IMG/VR virus record: IMGVR_UViG_3300048549_001527
DNA: 64,000 nt
Reading direction: 5' to 3' (one strand)
Origin: a virus
Taxonomy: Duplodnaviria > Caudoviricetes
The position numbers were made by a program, and so were the translations under genes. The notes under the pieces are model-generated. The model was not told the DNA's origin, searched no databases, and was given only the letters and a program-made list of their open reading frames with translations. Of this stretch, positions 1 through 11,500 are shown piece by piece; position 1 is the stretch's first letter; each line of letters opens with the position of its first letter.

Positions 1-1
1 A

Positions 2-160
2 ACTAATCCACAAATTACTATTTCTGGTGAAAGTGGGGCAAACCAAGATATATCATTAGGTGGAACTTTAGAGTTTGAAGGTACAGATGGAGTAAATACG
101 ACTATCTCTGCCGGTAAAGTTTCCATCGCTGTTGATGAGATTGATGGTGGTACGTTTTAA
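2..160 (+). CDS. 3' end of a virion structural/fibre protein (partial, runs off window)
   Basis: Open frame from base 2 reads TNPQITISGESGANQ...AVDEIDGGTF-stop; an IDGGTF-type C-terminus is typical of marine T4-like fibre/baseplate proteins. Confidence 0.6.
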   Translation, partial: TNPQITISGESGANQDISLGGTLEFEGTDGVNTTISAGKVSIAVDEIDGGTF

Positions 161-230
161 CTAATTGTTTTAACAAACCATAGAGTATTATTATTAAGGT
201 ATATACCTATTATAACAAAGGGACATAGAT

Positions 231-2528
231 ATGTCAACAATTAAATTACGCCGTAGTTCGGTTGCTGGCCGAATTCCGACCACCGCTCAGTTAGAGCTCG
301 GTGAAATTGCTATCAACACTGCTGATGGTAAATTATATTTTAAGAAATACGACGCTGTTGCTAATACGGAATCAATCATTGACGTATCTGCAGATTTAGA
401 TGCAGCAGCAATCCTTTCACTTTTAACTGGAGTTGACGGCGCAGGTTCAAACCTTGATGCTGACCTCCTTGATGGTGAGGAAGGATCCTATTATTTAGAT
501 TGGGCAAACTTTACGAACACGGCCACAGGTGTAGTCGCAAATACGTATGGTTCTTCAACAGAAATTCCAGTTCTTACAATTGATGCTGATGGAAGAATCA
601 CAACAGCTAATACGACCGCCGTTGCCGGTGTTGATGATTTTACATATGATGCGGCAAATAACCAATTGGCTCTTACAACTGGTGACGGTACTGTATATAA
701 CTTATTCTTAAATCAATTTAAAGATTTAGTTGTTGAAGATCTTACCGCCAACTCAATTAACATTGATACACTTGGCTTTGATGCGTTAGACGTCGCTGGT
801 GATATTAGTGCAAACAACGGATTTTTCGCAGGAGACATTACAGTTGATGGCGTAGTTAAATCTGATTTAACAGTTACCCTTACTGGTGATGTTACTGGTA
901 CAACAACTTCAAACACAGGAACTATTTCTGTTGTAACTGATATTGCGGCATCAGGTGTAACCGCAAATACATATGGCTCTGCAACCGCCATTCCAGTTGT
1001 CACGGTTGCGGCAGATGGTCGTATCACAAACGCAACAACAACTCCAGTTGCTGGCGTTGATAGTTTTACTTATGCTGCAGCTAATAACACAATTACATTA
1101 GAAACTGGCGACGGTTCAGTATTTCATATTGCAACTGAAACTGAAGTTACGCTTACAGGTGATGTTACAGGAACCGCCACCGCAACCGACGGCAATCTTT
1201 CAATAGCCGCAGATATAGCTAACTCAGGGGTCACTGCAGGCTCGTATGGATCATCTTCACAAATACCAGTTGTTACTGTTGGCCTTGATGGGCGCATCAC
1301 CTCTATGTCTAATACGGCTGTTGCGGGTGTTGATGATGTATCTTGGGTATCCGCAAACAGCACTTTAGTTATTGAAACCGGTGACGGATCAACATACTTT
1401 ACGACTATTGATACATTTGACGAAATCACAATGGTTGGAAACGGAACTGTTGATGGAAGAGACCTTTCGGTTGATGGCGCTAAACTTGACCTAATTGAAG
1501 ATGAGGCAACCGCAGATCAAACCGCCGCAGAAATTCTTGCAGCGCTGATAACTGTTGACGGAGATGGATCCGGCCTTGACGCAGATACAGTTGATGGATA
1601 TTCCGCAGCTGAAATTCTAGATGCAGCGGCTAATAACGCGCAATCATTAGTTGGCGCTGGTGATGTTACTATCACGGCAAATAATGGCTTAATCGGCGTT
1701 GCATCGTTTAATGTTAATACATCAAACACTGAAAACTTTTCAATATCACACGCTGATACGTCAAGTGTTTCTGATGTTGATAATTCAGCAGGTAATGTAT
1801 TACAAGATATAAGTTTTGATACTTATGGGCACGTACAGACAGTTTCATCAGTAGATCTTGATGGCCGTTATTATACTGAAACAGAAACAGATGGATTTTT
1901 AGTACTTAAAGCTGATAAGACTATCGCAATCACCGCAGGCACAGCATTAACTGGCGGAGGGACGCTCGGCGCAAATATAACTATTAATCATGGAGATACT
2001 TCATCACAGGCAAACCTCGCGTTTGCAAATACAGGTTTAAATCCTGAATTTATTGATGCAATAAATTTTGATGACCACGGCCATGTCTTATCAGTTGTAA
2101 AAGGTATTAGGCAATATTTAGATACTGCAACTGCAGACGCAAGATACGTTAATGTAACAGGCGACACAATGTCTGGAGCGTTGACCGTTAACGCAAATAT
2201 CAATCAAACAAACTCTACACATATTGACGCATCTGTTACGACTACGGCAACAACACAGGCAACAGTATATGCATTCCCATACGCATCCTACGGTGGAGCA
2301 GAGATTACAATTACTGCGTCAAGTGGAAGTAATCGTCACGTGACTAAACTTCTAGTTACACACGACGGTTCAACTGCAATCGCAACGGAATACGGTGTTG
2401 TTTATACAAACGCAGAATTAGCAACATATGATGTATCAATTTCAGGGCCTGTCTTGCTAATTCAAGCAACACCTGCTTCTGTAAGTTCTACAAAATTCCA
2501 AACCTTTGGGCAGCTTGCCAAAGTATAA
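231..2528 (+). CDS. Tail fibre/virion structural protein, 765 aa, with three internal repeats
   Basis: N-terminal IKLRRSSVAGRIPTTAQLELGEIAINTADGKLYFK (Mtd_N-like anchor), DADLLDG motifs, three TYGSxxxIPVxTVxxDGRIT repeats, C-terminal KLLVTHDGSTAIATEYG domain. Confidence 0.8.
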   Translation: MSTIKLRRSSVAGRIPTTAQLELGEIAINTADGKLYFKKYDAVANTESIIDVSADLDAAAILSLLTGVDGAGSNLDADLLDGEEGSYYLDWANFTNTATGVVANTYGSSTEIPVLTIDADGRITTANTTAVAGVDDFTYDAANNQLALTTGDGTVYNLFLNQFKDLVVEDLTANSINIDTLGFDALDVAGDISANNGFFAGDITVDGVVKSDLTVTLTGDVTGTTTSNTGTISVVTDIAASGVTANTYGSATAIPVVTVAADGRITNATTTPVAGVDSFTYAAANNTITLETGDGSVFHIATETEVTLTGDVTGTATATDGNLSIAADIANSGVTAGSYGSSSQIPVVTVGLDGRITSMSNTAVAGVDDVSWVSANSTLVIETGDGSTYFTTIDTFDEITMVGNGTVDGRDLSVDGAKLDLIEDEATADQTAAEILAALITVDGDGSGLDADTVDGYSAAEILDAAANNAQSLVGAGDVTITANNGLIGVASFNVNTSNTENFSISHADTSSVSDVDNSAGNVLQDISFDTYGHVQTVSSVDLDGRYYTETETDGFLVLKADKTIAITAGTALTGGGTLGANITINHGDTSSQANLAFANTGLNPEFIDAINFDDHGHVLSVVKGIRQYLDTATADARYVNVTGDTMSGALTVNANINQTNSTHIDASVTTTATTQATVYAFPYASYGGAEITITASSGSNRHVTKLLVTHDGSTAIATEYGVVYTNAELATYDVSISGPVLLIQATPASVSSTKFQTFGQLAKV

Positions 2529-2531
2529 ATA
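2524..2531 (+). promoter_or_regulatory. T4-type late promoter TATAAATA
   Basis: Exact TATAAATA 33 nt upstream of the giant fibre start. Confidence 0.75.
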
Positions 2532-2564
2532 ATAGAAAATAAGCCAATTTGGGGAGAGTGAACC

Positions 2565-5500
2565 GTGGCGAACGATAAAAAGTTTATAGTCAAGAATGGT
2601 CTCTTGACACAAGAAAATGTTGTTATTGGATCTACTACTGATACCGGAGAAAAGCTCCAGGTAACAGGTACTACAAAGGCCACTGGGCAAGTTGAAATTA
2701 CCCAAGCTACAGCATCTCCTAGTTTAGTCGTAAAGAATACTAATAACACCGTTGGTGATCAATTCGTAGAATTTGAAGGTAGAACAGCATCCCTTGTTTT
2801 ACGTGATGTCGGTGACGGTGATTATGCTTGGTATAATACAAGTGGTGCAACTGAACTTAAATTTAATAACAATGCCGGAAACGGATTAGAATTTTCTGTT
2901 GGCGGTAATAGCAAATTTCAAATCACAACAACTCAAGCAGATTTTAAAATTGACCCAACAGTTAATGGTAGTACTATATGGTACGCTAATAACGATGGCG
3001 CAGGATCAGGATTAGATGCAGACCTCCTAGATGGAGTTGAAGGCGCAAGTTTTGTAAGATCTGACGAAGACGACACGATGTCAGGTAGTTATGTTATCAC
3101 TGGTAACTTAACAGTCCAAGGCGTAACAACCACAGTCAATTCTGAAACCGTTTTAATCGCTGATAACTTACTTACCCTTAATAGTAATTACACTGGATCT
3201 ACTCCTACTGAAAATGCAGGTTGGGAAGTAGAACGCGGTACATTAACTAATTCATCTTTACAATGGGATGAAACAAACGATTGGTTTAAACTAATTTCAG
3301 CAGGTACAGACTTAGGTCGTATTATTACAACTGCAGATGAAGGTTCAGGTAACGGTTTTGATGCTGACACGGTTGACGGTTTAGAGGCTGCGCAATTCTT
3401 ACGAGCAGATGCAGACGATACTGCAACCGGTAATATTACAATTGAACAAGTTCTTACAATTGGTAACAACTCAGGTCCTGCCCGAATTAACTTTGATGGC
3501 AATGGAACAAACCGATCCATTTACAGCACAGCTGGAAATATTGGGTTTACAAATAATTCCTTATCTTGGTCAGCATATTCTGACACAAACGATGACTGGA
3601 TTGTAACCAACGATATCTATGCAAAGCGTTTCCTTGACTCCGATGATAATACATTTTTAGTAGATCCTGCATCAACTTCTAAAGTTAATAATATTGAATT
3701 AGCTGGAAACCTTAGTGGTGCTGGCGGAAATACTAACGATTATATTACTTTTGCTAGCAGCACAGTACAGACTCATATTGATAACACTTTAAGATGGACC
3801 GTTGGTTTAACTGAAAACGTATCAAACGTTATAATTAAAGCTCCTGCATACTATGACTTAAACGATGTAAATTATTTCTTAGATCCTGCTGGTGACTCAG
3901 AATTAAAAACAATCCTACTTGATGATTACATTATTCATAGAGGTGACGCTGATACTTATATGGGGTTTGACGCGGCAGACGCAATGACATTCGTGACAGG
4001 CGGAACAGAAAGATTTAACCTTGATAACGATAGCGCTGATTTTTCTGTAAATGTATATGCTCCAAAATTTATCGACTCAAATAACAATACTTATTTCTTA
4101 GATCCTGGTGCAACATCAGGACCGTCTCTTATTGTAAGCCAACAAATTCAAGGTGATGATGGTACAGCTAGTATTCCAGGTTATGGTTTTGAAGCAGGCA
4201 CAAGTACTGGTATGTACAGATCTGGAGCTGATGTTCTTGCATTTACTCAAGGCGGGGTAAATCGTTTCTTCGTTGGTTTTTCTAGCGGTGCAGCTAACTA
4301 TTCATTGGTTGATATGAGAGCTCCTAGATTTGTTGACTCTGATAATACAGCTTATTATGCGGATCCTGCATCTGACTCTCAAATGAATACTATTGACATT
4401 GATGATTATATTCGTCACCGTGGTGATATCACAACTTATATTGGTTTCCCAACTGATGGACAAATATCAACATTTACTAACGGCGCTGAAAGAATGCGCA
4501 CAACCGATGCTCTTACGTATTTTGACCAAAATGTAAGTGTTGGTACAACAAGTAATTCTTATACTTTAGATGTATATCATGCTACTCTTGATACGATTGC
4601 ACGATTTAAGAGTGGTGATAACAGAGCGTCTATTGCAGTATCAGATGATGATACAACCGCATATGTTTTAGCAGAAAATTCGCTTGCTCACTTTGGTATG
4701 ACATCATTTATTGATGAAGCCAATTTAGTTATCAACGCAGATGGTAATGTTGGTATTGGTACTGTCACGCCAACCGAAGCAAATCTTAATCTTAGTACAA
4801 GATCGGCCGCAACAAACAATCCGTTTGCTGCAGCTAATAAACTGCTATCATTGCAAGATAACGATACTGAAAAATCATATTGGGCTTTGGATAATTCAAG
4901 TAATGTTTGGATTATTGGAAACGGCGAATACTTATTCTCGACCACAGGCGCAAGCATCGGTGTTACAATAGATGCAACCAACGGCGAACTTGTTGTTGGT
5001 GACCAAAACGGTACTTATGCAACAATGGATGGCACTTACGAAGGAGTTTCAATTTCTGCTACTCCTTCTCCATCTGCAAACAAACTCCATGTAAATGGCT
5101 CAGTTCAATTAAATTCACAGACCGACGTATTTGCAATTAGCGCAGCTGATGGTGGTAATGCTAATATCAACGCAGCCACATTCTTAGGTGTTAATGAATT
5201 AGGATTTTCTGCCGGTGGTGGCTTCTTTATGGACGACACTACTACAATAAAAACTCGTGGGAATAAAAATATACAAACCACAGGCGATATGTATGCAGGC
5301 CGTTTTTATGATGATGATAATAACAATTACTATGGCGACTTTGCATCTACATCTCAAATGGCGCAAATTGATATTGATACATATATTCGTCATCGCGGAG
5401 ACACAAATACATATTTTGGATTTGAAGCTAACGACACATTTAGAATTTGGACTGACGGAACGCAAAGATTTAACATTGATAATAATTCTGCTGATTTTGC

Positions 5501-8500
5501 TGTTAACGTATATGCTCCAATATATTTTGACTCCAATAACAATACTTATTATGGCGATTTTGGTAATACTGATGTTTCAATCAAAATGGCAGGAGAAATA
5601 CTTGGCGGAGATGGCGCACTTGCTACTCCAACATATGCGTTTAATAGTCAAGCAAATAGCGGCATGTACAAGTATGCTGCAAACGTATTAGGTTTTTCTG
5701 CAAACGGTAACGATGAGTTTAGAGTATACAGTAGCTATTCATTATCTCCAGGTTCTTCAAGAGCACCAATCTTTTATGATAGTGATAACACTGCATATTA
5801 TACAAATCCAGCAAGTACATCTTACTTGTATAATGCGTATATTAAAGGTGGACATGATGACACCAGATTACAGCTTTGGTATCCAAGCGCTACCGCGGCA
5901 AACGAAGCATTCTTAACTTTATGGGCATCAGAGCCAGCACTCACTTATCATGGTGCAGGTATAGGTGCAAACATTGACTTTAATGGCCAGTATTATGGGC
6001 GTGAAACCGCAGGTCAACCGTATGGTGTTTATTTAAGATTTAGACCAGATATAGGTGAGGCTTCATTAAATACAACAATTGGTACACCTGATACTGCTGG
6101 CGCAGCTCAAGTAAAACATTTTTATGTTCTGCCAGACGGTAACGTATTTGCAAGAACATCATCCCGCGCTCCAATCTTTTATGACTCGAACAACACTGCG
6201 TTTTATACAGACCAAGCAAGTACTTCACTTCATAACGTTCAAAGAGTTCAGCAACTTCAAGTCGACAGTGCAACATATACAATTGATGGTGTAACTGGCG
6301 ATTATGGTTCTATTAAAGTTTCAGGCGATACAGGTAGTTATGCAGGATACGCAATTAACGATGATTGGGTATTCATGGCAACCGGTAGCACTAGTGCTGG
6401 TATTTTTAATGATACTCGTAACGAATGGGTTTTGCAGGCAACTGATAATAGCTGGACAAGATTGTACGCAAACGGCGTTCATCAAATTGGCGCTGAAAAC
6501 GGTTATGGCTATGCTCCAACTCAAATGCGAGCTCCAGTATTTTATGACTCAGATAACACTTCATTCTTTGCCAACTTTGCAGCTGGAAATACAAGTACAG
6601 CGATTAGTATTAATGGTCAAATAAGCAGAACAGGTTTTGCAACCGGAGATGTTACGACTAACAAATATCTTATAGCCGAAGATCGTAACCATTGGGTTTG
6701 GACTCCTACAAATAATTGGGGTATTTTCTGGGCTACAACAACATCGTCACTCGCTCATTTTGGATCTGCTAATCCAAACGAACTTACATTCGTAGGTAAT
6801 GGCGATATTAAAGCATCTATTGATTTGGATAACGGTAACTTCTACGCCAAAGGCGAAGGTACATTCTCAAATATCAGAATTAGCGGCGGTAACGAAGATC
6901 TTCCACTTCTCAAATCATATGGCTCAGGTCTTGCTGATACAGTTCTATTCGATGGAACAATGTATTGGGAAAAACGAGTTATTCAGGCTATGCAAGGTAC
7001 TGAAGACAGCGCAACAACTTCTACAGCGGACTTTGTTAAATCAGGTATCGCGCCAGTTGCATCAAGTTATATAATCAGAACAAGCGGCTATCGTACATTT
7101 GTATCTGACTATATTGAGGTTGAGCCGGGTGAAGAACTTTATGGCGAAATTGCTGCAAGATATGTATCAGGCAGTGGATCAACCTTGTATTATGGTATTG
7201 AGCGTTTTGATAAAGATAAAAACCCAATTGCCGCTAACACTGGCACAACATATTTCGTTGCAAGTAATGTTAACGTTAGTTCAACAAGTTGGACAACATA
7301 TTCGGGTCACACGACAATTCCAACAAGTCATACAGCTTTTAGCGGCTCTGATGGATCAGGTGTTAAATACGTTCGTATTCGCCTATTAATGAACTATCAA
7401 ACAACCGGTGCTCTTCGTGAATTTGGTCCTCCAATTCTAAAAAGAACACAGGTTCATAGTAGACTTCGTAGCTCAAATATTTATGCTCCGATTATGTATG
7501 ATGCCGATGATAACAATTATTATGTAGATCCAAACGCAACATCTAAGATGAACGTTGTTGATGCAAGTAACTTTAGAGATAGAGATAACACTGCTTACTT
7601 TATGAATCCTCAAACTGGTGGTAGGGTTTCAGGACCTTGGGATTGGTCAAACGGTTCAATTGAAAATCTAAACAACCTTTCATTTAACGATCCAGGTCCA
7701 CAAGAAGGTATTAAGTGGAAAGGTGGTGAGACCTGGCAAATTTACGAATCACCAAACGATCTAACTACAAATGCAGGCGGTAACCTACAGTTTACTTCTT
7801 CTTCGTTAGGAACTGGCGCAGGTACAATGCGTATGCGTGTTGAAACTGACGGAGACGTACACGCTGGAAACAGAATGTTTGCCACAGCATTTATTGACTC
7901 AAACGACACTGGCTTTTCTGCAAATCCTGCAAGTACTTCTGTATTCAGTAAACTTCACATTGGCTCAACATCAAACTTAGGCGATGGCACTGATCCAGAT
8001 ATTTCAACTAGTATAATTCAAGCTACATCTAAAATTGTAACACCAAGAGTTGTATTCTTAAACGATGGCACTGGTGATGACAATTATATTCAGCACAGTG
8101 ATACTAACAGCGCACACACTGTAGCAGGACAGCAAATGGGCGCATGGTTTGAATTTATTGGTGATAAGATTTCAGCCACAGACTCTAACTCAGCAGGTAT
8201 TGTTGCTTCTGGCCTTAAATCAAGATACGGATCATTTCAAAACCGACTTGATGCTGCAATTATGTACGACTACAGTAGCACAAGTTATTATGTAGACCCT
8301 GCGTCAACCTCACGTCTTAATACACTGCGTACCAACAGATTATATCCTGCTTACGATAATAATTCTAGTGTTTACTTTGATTATCCATCTTCATATGGCA
8401 CCTACGGTTCTGTTGCAGTTTATGGTTCTGGTAGAAGCGGGTATTCAGGATATTCTATTAACAATCGCTATGTCTTTATGTCGTCTAGCATTACAAACAT

Positions 8501-11500
8501 GGGCCTCTATAACGATTACGATAATGAATGGATGTTATATGGTATAAGAAACGCGGGTGTTGACTTATATTATAACGGGGCGGTTCAGCTTGAAACTGAA
8601 AACGGATTTGGATACGCAAGAAACCAAATGCGTTCACCGATCTTTTATGACTCAAACAATACTTCTTATTATGGCGACTTTGCAAGTCTATCTAGATTTA
8701 ATGCTGTTAACCTCAACACGTTACAATTTAATGGTTTAACATTCACAAACCCAGAAGTTGGTATTTGGTATGAATATGCGTCAAGCTATGGTAGTGGCTA
8801 TAATCAACTCTATACTCGCTTAGGGCGTCAGCAAAATTCTGATAGAACTACAATCATTGAATATTATTTCACTCAAAACTGGAATGGTTTTGGGCAAGTT
8901 GGTGGTAAAATTTATGTTAGACGAGGTTCTGGAACTAACAAAATGGGTATCACCCACGTTCCTAATGAAGTTAATATGTATCATACTACAGCCGGAAGTA
9001 ATTTAGCAAATGCTCCTGAAGTATATGTTGATAATTCTAATTACGTTTGGGTTGGTATGCCATATGGCGCAGACGCTGATGCAAAAATATATTTTAGATA
9101 TGTACAAAAGGCTGGTTTTGAAGAAGGATTTTATTTCGGTAACCATTTTCAAAATTCTGCAATTACACAAACGAACGGCACCACCCTTGCCCACGCAGGA
9201 CCGATTGGCCCAGGCATTCACTGGAATGTAGGTGTTGGTAATGCGTCAGCTGATTTTGCAGGTGGACCATATAGTTATGGAGGGTTTGGTTACCTTCACG
9301 CAAACGCAGTTTATGTTAGTGGAAATGTGCAAGCTCAAAACAATGCTCAAAGATACTTAGATTTAACTGGTAACTCTCATTTAACTAGTCTTGATCTGTT
9401 TGGCAATCTCCGCATAGATAACGGTAATGAAATACGACTTGACACATCGAGTGGTACCACTCGTGGATACATTGAGGCAACTGAAACTAACGATGCGCAT
9501 TTAATTATTGCTACATCAGGCGGCGAAGACATCTCGTTTAGAGATGGTGGAATAGGTGGTCAATGGAATATGATCGTTCGCGGAGACGGTGATGTTCTTA
9601 CAAACAGAAACCATTATGCTCAGGCATTTTATGATCGTAACGACTCGGCTCGCTACGTAAATCCAAATGGTACTTCTGAAATGGGTACTATACGAGCTGA
9701 TCGTTTTGATATGCGTGATCGCGGCGACTTTATTACTTTTTATGGTGATGATAGTACAAACCATTCTATATCATCTCGTAATAATGCCGGCGACGCATCT
9801 GACGATATTCGTATTAACACATACGGAAGCTTGTGGATTAACTTAGATTCAAACAACAATAATACTTCAGGCGCTGATTTTAGAATTGGCCGTCATGGTG
9901 GTGCAACTGGTGACATTGTTCAAACCGGTTTATTTGATGTTTACGGTGACTCGTTGTATGCTTACAGTGCTTATAGTTTCCGTTCACCAATCTTCTATGA
10001 TAGTAACGACACAACTTATTATACAAATCCGGCTAGCACATCAGTAATGAACACGCTTGATGTTCGTAGCGAAGTGTATAATGATGGTTGGTTCCGTAAC
10101 GACACAGGTGGTCGCGGTCTTTACAGCACAGCTCACGCAATGCATTGGTATGCAACCGATGATAACTATTGGGATCTTTCTCATAACGACGATAACGCAT
10201 CAATTGGTATTCGTCTAAGAGGTACTTATGATGGCACAATTCGCGGTTATCTTTATGCCGAGTCTGATAACGATTTTGGTCTATTAGGATCACAAGGATC
10301 ATGGAGACTTCGGGTTGTTGCCGGTGATTGGATTGACGCTGCTGGGTCAAGTGTTCGTGCTAAAATATTCTACGATCGTGATAACACTGGTTATTATTTT
10401 AATGGTGCTTCAACTTCACGTTCGAACTATCACAGAATTAACAACCTATATGACTCACAAGAACGTAGATATACTGCCCCTAATGGTGGTCAATATACTA
10501 CAACGACGAGCTCTGTAACTGGTGCAATTCGTATTAGACTGCCGACCAATCGGTTTAAATCTAATACAATGATGAAGTTTAAAGTTTCTGTTTATGAATA
10601 CTCAACAGGTAGAACTCACGAATTTTTGATCTCTGGCTATAATAACAACAACACAAACCAACAATGGTACAACGTAGCTGCAACTCAGTTAACGGACGAC
10701 AACCGAGGCGCCTACAATATTCGTTGGGGCGGTAATGGAACTGATAACATTGTTTGGATTGGTGAAACCAACAGCTCTTGGTCTTATCCGCAGGTTCACG
10801 TTCAGTGGGTTGACGTTGGTTATTCTGGTTACTCAACAAACTGGGGACAAGATTGGGTCATTGATTTTGTAACATCGTTTGATACAGTCCGCACAACCAG
10901 AATCGCATCTTTAGTTTATACCTTAAATAACAGAGATAACTGGGCATACGATCTTCGTGGTACATTGTTTTATGATAACAATAACACCGGTTATTATTGT
11001 GATCCTAATAGTATATCAAACCTTAACGTGGTATACGCAAATCGCATTCGCGTTGATGACGGCGGGACAGGCGGTCACATTTACACTGATGATACGTATT
11101 TAGATCTTTCATACGGCGCAACCGGTGGTGGAGGTATTCGTCTATATGATAGCAATGATGACCTTCAAGGTTATTGGTACGGTAACGGTTCCGGCGAGCA
11201 TGGCTTCTTAGATAATGATGAAAACTGGGCAATTCGAATTCGGACTGGATCCAATTCTATGCTGTTCTATACTGATACCAATAACGAATTCCAAATTCAC
11301 ACTACTTATACATATTCGCCGGGTTCTTCGAGAGCACCTATTTTCTATGATAGTAATGACACAGCCAAATATACTAACCCTGCTGGCACCTCACAGATGT
11401 ATAGGATTAGCCAGTTAGATCGTTTAACGTTTGTGAGTGGCCCATACATTGATGATGGAGATGAAGATAATAGGTTGAATTTTTATACTTCTGATACCGA

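Noticed and set aside
207..218. Palindrome AGGTATATACCT upstream of the 765-aa fibre
   Set aside because: Single short AT-rich palindrome with no second copy or supporting context
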